Assembly (NCBI GenBank): GCA_021295915.1
Contig: JAGWBK010000001.1
Coordinates: 11,644-75,643 of the forward strand
Source: Dehalococcoidia bacterium
GTDB taxonomy: Bacteria; Chloroflexota; Dehalococcoidia; Lucifugimonadales; UBA1123
Direction of reading: 5' to 3'
Length of the DNA: 64,000 nucleotides
Positions 54,344-62,622 of the stretch are shown here, piece after piece. The translations under genes and the position numbers were made by a program. The notes beneath the pieces were generated by a model that was given only the letters and a program-made list of their open reading frames with translations, had not been told where the DNA came from and made no database searches. How positions within the stretch are numbered: position 1 is the stretch's first letter; each line of letters starts with the position of its first letter.

Positions 54344-55905
54344 CCATCAGCTCCTTGACGCTTGGGTAACCTGTCACCGAAGAAGTGCAGCCCGCTCAGT
54401 ATAGGATTTCCGGCCGCCTGCCCCAATCCGCACAGAGAGCTATCGTTAACGAGTCTGGCCAAGTTCTCCAACTCGTCAGAAGAGGCTCCGTCCTGTACCA
54501 CCGCATCCAGCAGCTCAACCATTCTCGGTGTGCCTTCGCGACATGGTGTGCACTTGCCGCACGACTCATCGGCATTATATTGCGCCAGGTTTCGAACGAC
54601 TTCGAATACGTCCATCGAGTCATCGATTGCAATAACCCCACCAGCTCCAAGCATGACGCCAGCGTCATGCAGGAAGCCCGGCTTGATAGGTGTGTCAAGC
54701 ATGTCGGGAGGGAACACACCACTGGAGGGACCACCTACTCCGATCGCGGTGAGTTTTCGGTCGTCCCGAATGCCACCGCCGATGTCGTAGATGACTTCCC
54801 GCAGCGTGGTACCTATCGGTACTTCGACGAGTCCCGGTCTTTTGACCGAACCACTCAAACTGATGATCTTCGTTCCCGAGTCGTCGCCGTCCCCGATGGA
54901 GGTGAACTCGTCAGTTTCATGACTCATTATGTACGGGACGTTGGCAAGCGTCTCCGCATTGTTTATCACGGTCGGCTGGCCCCAAAGTCCTGCTTCTGTT
55001 GGGAAGGGAGGGCGCAATCGCGGCTCGCGGCGATATCCTTCAACCGTGTTGAGCAGTGTCGTCTCGTCTCCGCAGACGTAACCGCCAGCACCACGTCGGA
55101 TCTCTACCTGGACATCGAAACCTGACCCGAGGACGTCCCCTCCGATCAGGCCCAGTTCAGTTGCCTGTTCCACCGCCATGGTCATGCGCTGGCTGGAGAG
55201 ATTGGCCTCGGCGTTGATGTAGAAGATGATCTGGTGGGAATCTATGGCATAGGCGGCAATCAACGCGCCTTCAACTATCCTGTGAGGGACGCCCTCCATG
55301 AGGTGCCGGTCCTTGAACAGACCTGGTTCGCCCTCCTCGCAGTTGACAACAACATACCTCGTTTCGGCCCTAGTATTTCGAGCGGCCTCCCACTTAATCC
55401 CAGCGGGGAAGTAGGCTCCACCCCTACCCCTCAGTCGGGAATCCTTCAGATGGTCGATGATAGATTCAGGCGTAGATTGGAGTGCTTCGGACCAAGCAGA
55501 GTAACCGCCATTAGCGAGGTAGTGTTCAATCGACTCAGCCTCGAGGCTGCCGCAATCGCTTAATGACACCCTTATCTGGCCTGATAGGAAGGACTCTACT
55601 TCAGTCTTGGAACTTCCCTTGGCTGAAGTCAGGTACGAAAAGTCCGCCGTTTCTGTCGTCAGATTTGGGTGATAGGAGCGACTGCCGTCTGGCTGGATGA
55701 CCTCAACTGAAGGAGCTGCGAAGCAGACACCGTCGCATCCTGCCACGATCAATGTGGAATCGTCATCGACTTGGTGACGTATTGCACGCACGATTCCATC
55801 GGCGCCCGCTGACAGGCTGCAGTGGCCTACATGCGCCACCACCCTGGTCTTGCCTGCCACTCGACTTTCGAATCGCTCAGTGGCAGATCGAACCAGGGCG
55901 TTCAT
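54340..55905 (-). CDS. NuoF-like NAD(H)/FMN-binding subunit (FdsB-like)
   Basis: GRGGAYFPAGIKW, NCEEGEPGLFKDR and ESCGKCTPCREG are present. The stop overlaps the fdhA ATG (ATGA). I prefer the ATG at 55905 because the track start overlaps the nuoE-like gene by 50 nt. Confidence 0.9.
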   Translation of the reverse strand: MNALVRSATERFESRVAGKTRVVAHVGHCSLSAGADGIVRAIRHQVDDDSTLIVAGCDGVCFAAPSVEVIQPDGSRSYHPNLTTETADFSYLTSAKGSSKTEVESFLSGQIRVSLSDCGSLEAESIEHYLANGGYSAWSEALQSTPESIIDHLKDSRLRGRGGAYFPAGIKWEAARNTRAETRYVVVNCEEGEPGLFKDRHLMEGVPHRIVEGALIAAYAIDSHQIIFYINAEANLSSQRMTMAVEQATELGLIGGDVLGSGFDVQVEIRRGAGGYVCGDETTLLNTVEGYRREPRLRPPFPTEAGLWGQPTVINNAETLANVPYIMSHETDEFTSIGDGDDSGTKIISLSGSVKRPGLVEVPIGTTLREVIYDIGGGIRDDRKLTAIGVGGPSSGVFPPDMLDTPIKPGFLHDAGVMLGAGGVIAIDDSMDVFEVVRNLAQYNADESCGKCTPCREGTPRMVELLDAVVQDGASSDELENLARLVNDSSLCGLGQAAGNPILSGLHFFGDRLPKRQGADG

Positions 55906-55924
55906 TCGACTCCGGATACTGTCG

Positions 55925-56392
55925 TTAACCACCCACAGCACCCCGTACAATCTCCAGTGCTGATTCCGAGTCAAGACGCCCGTGCCATTGCCCGTTGACC
56001 TCTATGGCTGGGGCCATTGCACACAAGAACCCGCATGGTACCTGTTCAAGAGTCAAGGTAACGGCACCTGAGGGAGCGTCAGGATGACCGTCAAGTTCGG
56101 AAGCGATGGCATCCAGAATCTGGATCGACCCTGCTGCTGCACAACTCAGGGCTCCACAAACTCTTACGACCGTGGAGTTGGGCTTTACGATTCGCAATTC
56201 TGTGTAAGAGGTCGCGGCCCCATACACTTCCGAAGAGGGAATTCCCAGGTGCCAGCCTACTACTTCCATCGCCCAGTCAGGCAAGTGGCCGAACTCGTGA
56301 TGAAGATAGTGAAGGGCAGGCAGGAGTTGGCCGTGGTTTCGAGGAAACCGCTCACGCAACTCGCGTCGTAAAGAGTTTCGGTCGGTCGGCAA
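55925..56392 (-). CDS. NuoE-like thioredoxin-fold 2Fe-2S subunit (FdsG-like)
   Basis: LLPALHYLHHEFGHLP is present, with the Cys pattern VCGALSC...CGFLC. The length is 155 aa. The start is TTG with a weak SD. Confidence 0.82.
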   Translation of the reverse strand: MPTDRNSLRRELRERFPRNHGQLLPALHYLHHEFGHLPDWAMEVVGWHLGIPSSEVYGAATSYTELRIVKPNSTVVRVCGALSCAAAGSIQILDAIASELDGHPDAPSGAVTLTLEQVPCGFLCAMAPAIEVNGQWHGRLDSESALEIVRGAVGG

Positions 56393-56433
56393 CAGAGATA
56401 CCCTAAGAATTCATCCCAAACATGAGCATCGAG

Positions 56434-56442
56434 ATTCTAGCA
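56434..56442 (-). promoter_or_regulatory. Extended -10 promoter candidate for the nuoE/nuoF/fdhA operon
   Basis: The minus strand reads TGcTAGAAT about 40 nt upstream of the nuoE-like TTG. No good -35 box is present. Confidence 0.35.
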
Positions 56443-56477
56443 GACTGAATCCGTACGTTGTGCATTCAGAGTGGCGG

Positions 56478-58334
56478 CTACTGACCAATAGCGCCAGCCG
56501 TCTCACGCGATATACGAAGATCTCCTATTTCGAGTTCGAGTAATTTACTGCTGGGAATAGTGCCGTCAGGATTCCATCCTCGGGCTAGATAGTAGGCTGA
56601 CACCATCATCTGCAGATCTTCTTCGCACAGTCCGACCCCAGCCCCCACGCCATCTGGAAGAGGCTCAGTAAGTACGCGCTCGGGGAGGGTATCGTCTTCA
56701 CGAGTCCAGCCCTCCCTGACGTTGAACTGCTTCTTCAGGTTGTTAATTCGCTCGCCGGCCTTCTTAAGCTCATCTGCCCGCACGTCCCAACCTGTGATCA
56801 GACTGAGAGAGTTCGCTGACTCTTCCCAGAAGTCGTCGAATGCCTTGCGGAGGAACTTGCACCAGATCAGGGAATCGAGCACTGCGGAGAAGTCTTCACC
56901 GTCGGCGGTGATCCTGCCTCTTGCGACATCGGCCTCCATGCGATTAACGCGGTTGGAAAAATCCGCCTCATACGCGGACGACCTATTGTGGCAGGCGCCC
57001 CTGGTGCTTACCGCAAGTGCCAGGGCCATCGTCTGAAGACTACGGGGCTCGTAGCCAGGCATCTCCAGGCCCTTAACGTGCATTGCCCAGGCCTCAGTGC
57101 CCTGACCAACGGTCTCGGAGGCGGTCTTCGATCCCTCAGCAAGGAGTCTGCCAAGATTGCCTGACTTTGTAGCTATCGCCTCCAGACATGGCAGAAGTGC
57201 GTCCGCGTTGCCGAATCTCAGATCAAGTCCATCAGTGTCATCAAGGGTCAGGATGCCACGTTCGAAGCACTCCATTGCCCAGGCGATCGTTCCACCTGCA
57301 CTAATGGTGTCCATGCCCATTTCATCACAGTAGTGGGACGCGCGAATAATCGTTTCACGGTCACCGACGCCTACTAGTGGCCCCAATGCAAAGGCGCTCT
57401 CATATTCCATCCGACCGGTGGATTTGCCTGATCCGTCACCGACTGTAAGGATCTTCTCGCATCCTATGGTGCAGTTGGCGCAGTGAGCGTTCTTGACGAA
57501 GTGACCGCTGTACATGGCCTCGCCACTAACCTCATCAGTCATGTCGAACGTGGACTGCTGGAAGTTACGGGTAGGCAGCGTGCCAAGTCTGTCAAACACC
57601 GCAATGTTTGCCATAGTGCCGGTAGTGCGATACTTCTCGGTGGCTGGCCCAAGACTACGAGTTGAAAGGTCACGTCCGACCACATTGAGACTCGCAGCGT
57701 CGAACACAGGCGCCGGATTGCGGCCCCTGACGGCAATAGCCTTGAGGTTCTTTGACCCCATGACTGCTCCGGTTCCAGTGCGTCCCGCCTGTCTCCCGCC
57801 GTCATTGGCGATGCTCGCATAGCGAACGCCGTGCTCACCGGCTGGCCCTATGCACGCAACTCTGAATCGCCGCCCAAGGTCTTGCCTGATTTCCTTCTCG
57901 GTGTCGAGGGTGCTCATCCCCATCAAGTCCGATGCATCCTCGAAGCGGACATCGTCGTCCTCCAGCACGAGGATTGCAGGGTGGGAGCTAGCTCCCTTTA
58001 CAACGAGTGCGTCAACCCCTGTGCGCTTCAGTTCTACTGCCAGGAAGCTGGAGCTGAGTGAGTCACCGATCAACCCGGTCAACGGCGACTTTGCGGCCAC
58101 CGCGAATTTGCTTGAGGTGGTCAACCTGCTGCCGACAAGGGGGCTGCAGGCGAAAATCAGCGGGTTGTCAGGGCCCATCGGGTCTGCACTCGGAGGGCAG
58201 TGCGTGTACAGCAAGTAGCTGGCCAGTCCGGTCCCCCCTATGAATCGCCTGAGTTCCGACTCATCAAGAGGCTCACGGCTGGAGGTGCGTTCTGAGAGGT
58301 CGACTACGAGCACTCTGCCGTGATAGCCGTACAC
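56478..58334 (-). CDS. aor: Aldehyde:ferredoxin oxidoreductase family (tungstopterin AOR)
   Basis: The N-terminus YGYHGRVLVVDLS...GGTGLASYLL is typical of AOR-family N-termini, and a CxxCxxxC-type cluster context CANCTIGCEK is present. The length is 618 aa. The start is GTG with GGAGG 7 nt upstream. Confidence 0.9.
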   Translation of the reverse strand: MYGYHGRVLVVDLSERTSSREPLDESELRRFIGGTGLASYLLYTHCPPSADPMGPDNPLIFACSPLVGSRLTTSSKFAVAAKSPLTGLIGDSLSSSFLAVELKRTGVDALVVKGASSHPAILVLEDDDVRFEDASDLMGMSTLDTEKEIRQDLGRRFRVACIGPAGEHGVRYASIANDGGRQAGRTGTGAVMGSKNLKAIAVRGRNPAPVFDAASLNVVGRDLSTRSLGPATEKYRTTGTMANIAVFDRLGTLPTRNFQQSTFDMTDEVSGEAMYSGHFVKNAHCANCTIGCEKILTVGDGSGKSTGRMEYESAFALGPLVGVGDRETIIRASHYCDEMGMDTISAGGTIAWAMECFERGILTLDDTDGLDLRFGNADALLPCLEAIATKSGNLGRLLAEGSKTASETVGQGTEAWAMHVKGLEMPGYEPRSLQTMALALAVSTRGACHNRSSAYEADFSNRVNRMEADVARGRITADGEDFSAVLDSLIWCKFLRKAFDDFWEESANSLSLITGWDVRADELKKAGERINNLKKQFNVREGWTREDDTLPERVLTEPLPDGVGAGVGLCEEDLQMMVSAYYLARGWNPDGTIPSSKLLELEIGDLRISRETAGAIGQ

Positions 58335-58337
58335 TTG

Positions 58338-58640
58338 CTAGCCTCCAGCCTGGCTGGAAAACACAAAGATTCTGTCTCCCTCTTCGGTTCGTAGAGGGGA
58401 ACTCTCCAGGAACGAGTGACCATTAAGATTTGCGGTGTAGCTTGCCATGAGCCCAAGACCACTTTCGTCTACAACAACGCCCTTCAGGGATGGCGCCGAA
58501 GTGTAAAGGGCACCAGCCAAGTCTGACGAGGTCAACTCGGAAGGAAGCTGCAACGCGATCTCCTTACGTCCGCAGACAAGCCGGGCGTGACCGAATAGCT
58601 CGACCGTTACCGACACCGTTTCGCGGCTAGCTGCTTTCAC
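58338..58640 (-). CDS. moaD: MoaD/ThiS-family ubiquitin-like sulfur-carrier protein
   Basis: The 100-aa protein ends in ...SSQAGG, the C-terminal Gly-Gly. The start overlaps the mobA stop (GTGA). It lies directly upstream of aor. Confidence 0.7.
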   Translation of the reverse strand: MKAASRETVSVTVELFGHARLVCGRKEIALQLPSELTSSDLAGALYTSAPSLKGVVVDESGLGLMASYTANLNGHSFLESSPLRTEEGDRIFVFSSQAGG

Positions 58641-59272
58641 GAGGCCGAGCCCTTGTTCGCAAGGCTAACGGCTGTCTCGAGATCTTCCTGCGTGTTGACA
58701 TTGAAGAAGCTGAGTAGGTCCGGGTCGAGGCGACGTATCTCATCCTCAGGTACCAGCCTAACTCGAACTTCGCTGAAGAAAGACGAGATTTTCAGGTCAT
58801 CGGCCTCGATGCGTTCCTCGATGGGTCTAATACAGACTCTCGAGTACAGAGCGTGCGTTGGTTCCGGCCTCCCCTCGATCACTGGCACTACTGCATCGCA
58901 GCCATCACGTAGAGATGCCAGGTACCGGTATAGTCGGGTGTTCACGAATGGCATATCGCAGGCGCAGAATGCCGACCACACAGTGGGGGACGTTAGAAGT
59001 CCCGTCACAATGCCGCCCAGCGAACCTTTGCCGGGATACCGGTCAACACTCGGATTGACTTCATCGGGAAGATCAAGCTCATGCACACGTTGGGGTTCAT
59101 TGACAATCACGGAGACGGATTCGCCAACCTGGCCCATCCTGGCGATTACGCGACGAATAAGCGGCTCGCCTTGGAAGGGTTCGAGAGCTTTGTTGCGTCC
59201 GAGTCTACGGCTCATGCCGCCGGCGAGTATCACGGCCGTAAGGCTTGAGTGCATTTGTCCAGAGTCCTCCAT
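58637..59272 (-). CDS. mobA: Molybdenum cofactor guanylyltransferase
   Basis: LTAVILAGGMSRRLGRNKAL is the typical MobA N-terminus. The length is about 205-211 aa (alternative ATG at 59254). Confidence 0.85.
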   Translation of the reverse strand: MEDSGQMHSSLTAVILAGGMSRRLGRNKALEPFQGEPLIRRVIARMGQVGESVSVIVNEPQRVHELDLPDEVNPSVDRYPGKGSLGGIVTGLLTSPTVWSAFCACDMPFVNTRLYRYLASLRDGCDAVVPVIEGRPEPTHALYSRVCIRPIEERIEADDLKISSFFSEVRVRLVPEDEIRRLDPDLLSFFNVNTQEDLETAVSLANKGSAS

Positions 59273-59291
59273 TGACTCAGACTATCAGACG

Positions 59292-61250
59292 CTAGGAGTA
59301 GCCGCCACCAATGGTCATCTTGAGCACTCCCATGTTAGTCGCGTCATATCCCCCGAGAGCCTCGACTTCTCGTTGGAATTCGGGGTTGCGAGTCAGTTCC
59401 AGCACGGGGCTAAGGAGCTCAGAGGCGTAGTACTCGACTGGAATCACGAGGTCATACTCCTCGCTGAACAATGGGATGAAGTCCAGTCCCATGGCTCTGG
59501 CGGCCGGTAGAATGCCAAGACCAGCGTCCGCCTTCCCTCCGCTCACGGCCGCAGCAACGGCGAGGTGGGTGTACTCTTCGCGAATGTATCCTCGTACCTC
59601 GCCCGTGTCGATTCCCAACTTGCGAAGTTCGAAGTCCAAAAGGACACGGGTCCCGGAGCCTCTTTGTCTATTGACGAATCCGACATCAGATCTGGTTAGG
59701 TCTGATAGAGATGAGATACCCAGCGGATTGCCCGGTTTGACCATAAGGCCCTGCGTGCGTGCCACCAGATGTACGAGGGCCACCTCCCGGTTGGGAATGT
59801 ATCTCTCTATAAACGAGACGTTATAGGCGCCGGTCTCCTCGTCCATTAGATGAGAACCTGCTATGTGCGCCTCGCCCCTGCGAATTGCCAGTAAGCCTCC
59901 CATGCTGCCAACGTTGCCGGACGTAAGTCCGGGCCCTCCAGAGGTCCCACTCAGATGGCTGGCAATCAGGTCCAGGACCATGTCGTGGCTGCCGATAGCA
60001 ACAATGGTCCTGAGTACTTCCTCGATTGGTTTGAGGAGCTGGACCTGCACTTCTGATCCAGCCTCCAGGCCTTCGACAGATCGAGGAATGAGTGTGATGC
60101 CATCGGCCCGTACCAGCGAACTGATGACTCCTGCGCCACGCTGCACCGGCGTCGCGACCAGCCGGTCACCGACCTGACCTAGCCGCACCCTGAGAAACTC
60201 GTCCTCCCCCATAGGGGACTGGACTCGGCGGGTGACGATAGCGGTTGCGGTCTGCCTGGGGATAGTCTCGTATCCAAGCATAGACTCCACGATAGGTTGG
60301 ACGAATAGCTCGCAGGCGATTGCCGCTGACACAGGATAGCCTGGTATTCCCAGAACGGCTTTGTCCTCAACGACTCCCAGCACAATAGGGTGTCCCGGCC
60401 TGATCGCAACCCCGTGAACGACAAGGTCTCCAAGCTCTTCAACCAGCCCGGCGGTATAGTCTTCGGCCCCTGCTGAAGAACCGGCGTTGACCAAAACGAG
60501 ATCATGCTGCTTTGCGGCTGTGGAGATCGCGACTCGAAGCTTTTCGGGATCGTCGGAGACTGGTGGAATCCTGGTCGGCTCGGCGCCCCATTCGCTGAGC
60601 ATCCCTCCAATTACCAGGGAGTTGAACTCCACGATGTCTCCTGGTTTTGGATCGGCGTCAATGTCAACCAGCTCTGTCCCTGTTGGGATGATCGCTACGC
60701 TCGGCTTCCGTCGAACTTCCACCTCGATCACACCCGCGGCTGCGCAAGCACCGAGGTCGGCAGGACGAAGTCTGTGATTCTCGGGGAGCAGCAGCTCGGA
60801 GGCGACGATGTCCTCTCCCATGGCCCTCACGTGATTGTAGGGGGGAACAGGGGACACTATACGGATGGTTGTGTCGTCTATCTCCTCGACGACCTCGATC
60901 ATTATGACAGCGTCAAACCCATCGGGGACCGGCTCACCAGTGTCTATCCATCGCGCCTGATCGGGCAGGGAAAGTACGAACGGAGAGGTCTCCGTTGCCC
61001 CAGTTGTATCTCTCGACCTGACCGCCACGCCGTCCATGGCGGCGGAGTCGTAGTGAGGAGCCGATCGGGCTGCCCAGACTGGGGCCGCGGTTATCCGTCC
61101 CAGGGCATCCTGTATAGGGATAGTCTCTGACTTCGTGTGACCCAGAGCACCTGCCGCCTCCAGTGCCATGTGGAAACGAGTTCGGGCTTCGTCCAGTGGA
61201 ACGTCCTGGAGGTAGTAACGTCTGCCGTGCCTGCCCCGGCCATGTGTCAT
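59292..61250 (-). CDS. moeA: Molybdopterin molybdenum/tungsten-transferase MoeA fused to a C-terminal periplasmic-binding-protein-like (molybdate/tungstate-binding type) domain
   Basis: The MoeA N-terminal motif is DSAAMDGVAVRS and the MoCF domain shows LVLVNAGSSAG. The C-terminal ~230 aa (IVAIGSHDMVLDL...NRQRGSGTRVLLD) resemble the COG1910-type PBP domain. The ATG overlaps the upstream moeA stop (ATGA). Confidence 0.82.
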   Translation of the reverse strand: MTHGRGRHGRRYYLQDVPLDEARTRFHMALEAAGALGHTKSETIPIQDALGRITAAPVWAARSAPHYDSAAMDGVAVRSRDTTGATETSPFVLSLPDQARWIDTGEPVPDGFDAVIMIEVVEEIDDTTIRIVSPVPPYNHVRAMGEDIVASELLLPENHRLRPADLGACAAAGVIEVEVRRKPSVAIIPTGTELVDIDADPKPGDIVEFNSLVIGGMLSEWGAEPTRIPPVSDDPEKLRVAISTAAKQHDLVLVNAGSSAGAEDYTAGLVEELGDLVVHGVAIRPGHPIVLGVVEDKAVLGIPGYPVSAAIACELFVQPIVESMLGYETIPRQTATAIVTRRVQSPMGEDEFLRVRLGQVGDRLVATPVQRGAGVISSLVRADGITLIPRSVEGLEAGSEVQVQLLKPIEEVLRTIVAIGSHDMVLDLIASHLSGTSGGPGLTSGNVGSMGGLLAIRRGEAHIAGSHLMDEETGAYNVSFIERYIPNREVALVHLVARTQGLMVKPGNPLGISSLSDLTRSDVGFVNRQRGSGTRVLLDFELRKLGIDTGEVRGYIREEYTHLAVAAAVSGGKADAGLGILPAARAMGLDFIPLFSEEYDLVIPVEYYASELLSPVLELTRNPEFQREVEALGGYDATNMGVLKMTIGGGYS

Positions 61251-62491
61251 GAAGGATAGATCCTGACGTCCACGGTCTCTCCCGCGTACAATCCGCCGGA
61301 ATCCATAGGTATCTCAATGATTCCGTCAGACCTAATCAGCGTAAATATGAGGTTGGACTTCCCGAAGACCGGCGTTGCCGTACGGCGGCCGTCGAGTCTG
61401 GAAAGCGTCACAGGCACGTAGTCTTCACGCCCGGATTCGGAGGGCACATCCTGAATCAGGATAGCCGGTACTTCATGCAAGAGTTGCGCTTGCGTCTCGC
61501 CAGACAGGACGCGAATCGACGGGGCTACCAGCAGGTCAAAGACCACGAGGGCTGATACAGGATTTCCCGGCAGACCAAACAGAGGTTTGCCTTGTGCAAC
61601 CCCGACGACAGTCGGCTTGCCGGGCTTGATTGAGATTCCGTGGAGCAGCACGCCTGGCTCCCCAAGCTGGTTGAACACGTCCGCTGTCATATCCCTCGTG
61701 CTCAGCGAACTTCCAGCAGAGAAAATTAAGACGTCGGCATCCGATAGCGTCCCGCGCGCGGCTTTCAACTGCGGCTCGTACTCATCACGCACTATTCCCG
61801 CTGAGATGTGTTTCGCCCCGCATTGGGCGGATCGAGCCGCGATGGTGTAGGTATTGATGTCGCGGATCTTTCCCTTTGGCGGGCGCACCGAAGGATGCGT
61901 AAGTTCGTCCCCTGTGGAGACAATCCCGACCACTGGTCGTCGATACACCGGCACACTAGTGATTCCGAGTGCCAACAGGCCGCCGATGTCCTGGGGTCTG
62001 ACGCGATGCCCGGCCCTAAAAAGAGTCTCGCCGCATCTAATATCTTCAGCTACCTGGATGACGTTCTCACCGGGTGCAACGGGTCTGAGCACCTCTATGG
62101 AGACCTCATCAGCGGGCTGAGTGCGCTCGATCATGACCACCGCGTCTGCGCCGTCTGCCAGAGTACCGCCTGTGTATGCGACAGTAGCTTCCCCAATACC
62201 AATGCGCACATCAGACGACGCGCCAGTAGGGATATCGCCCACCACCTCGAATAGGGCAGGGAGACTCTCGGACGCCCCAAATGTGTCGCTAGCACGGACA
62301 GAATATCCGTCCATTGATGATCTGGGAAACGCGGGAAGGTCTTCCGATGAGCTTACATCACGAGCGATCACGCGCCCCAGTGAGTCCGCTGTTTCGACCG
62401 TCTCGATGTCAGCGACAGGAGCAAGATAGGGCAGCAGCTCGTCGAACGCCTGCCTGGGAGGACGAACATTGAAGAACTCTGGCACAGGCAA
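61247..62491 (-). CDS. moeA: Molybdopterin molybdenumtransferase MoeA (stand-alone paralogue)
   Basis: FPRSSMDGYSVRA and VLIFSAGSSLSTRD are present. The length is about 412-414 aa. The start is TTG at 62491 or, with better SD spacing, GTG at 62485. Confidence 0.88.
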   Translation of the reverse strand: MPVPEFFNVRPPRQAFDELLPYLAPVADIETVETADSLGRVIARDVSSSEDLPAFPRSSMDGYSVRASDTFGASESLPALFEVVGDIPTGASSDVRIGIGEATVAYTGGTLADGADAVVMIERTQPADEVSIEVLRPVAPGENVIQVAEDIRCGETLFRAGHRVRPQDIGGLLALGITSVPVYRRPVVGIVSTGDELTHPSVRPPKGKIRDINTYTIAARSAQCGAKHISAGIVRDEYEPQLKAARGTLSDADVLIFSAGSSLSTRDMTADVFNQLGEPGVLLHGISIKPGKPTVVGVAQGKPLFGLPGNPVSALVVFDLLVAPSIRVLSGETQAQLLHEVPAILIQDVPSESGREDYVPVTLSRLDGRRTATPVFGKSNLIFTLIRSDGIIEIPMDSGGLYAGETVDVRIYPS

Positions 62492-62509
62492 CTCCTCCTA
62501 AGAGGAGTT
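62490..62509 (-). promoter_or_regulatory. SD-sequestering palindrome at the first moeA start
   Basis: The minus-strand RNA AACUCCUC-UUAG-GAGGAGUU forms a perfect 8-bp stem. Its 3' arm is the SD (GAGGAG) plus the first two nt of the TTG codon. Confidence 0.45.
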
Positions 62510-62622
62510 TACCAGACGAGTCCTGAATGACCTCGCCACCTGCGGCGCTGCAAAAGGCGTAACAGGGCTAATCGCCAAGCCACGAGTCGGCCCTGTGACA
62601 GTTGCCTCGATTGACCTACGAA

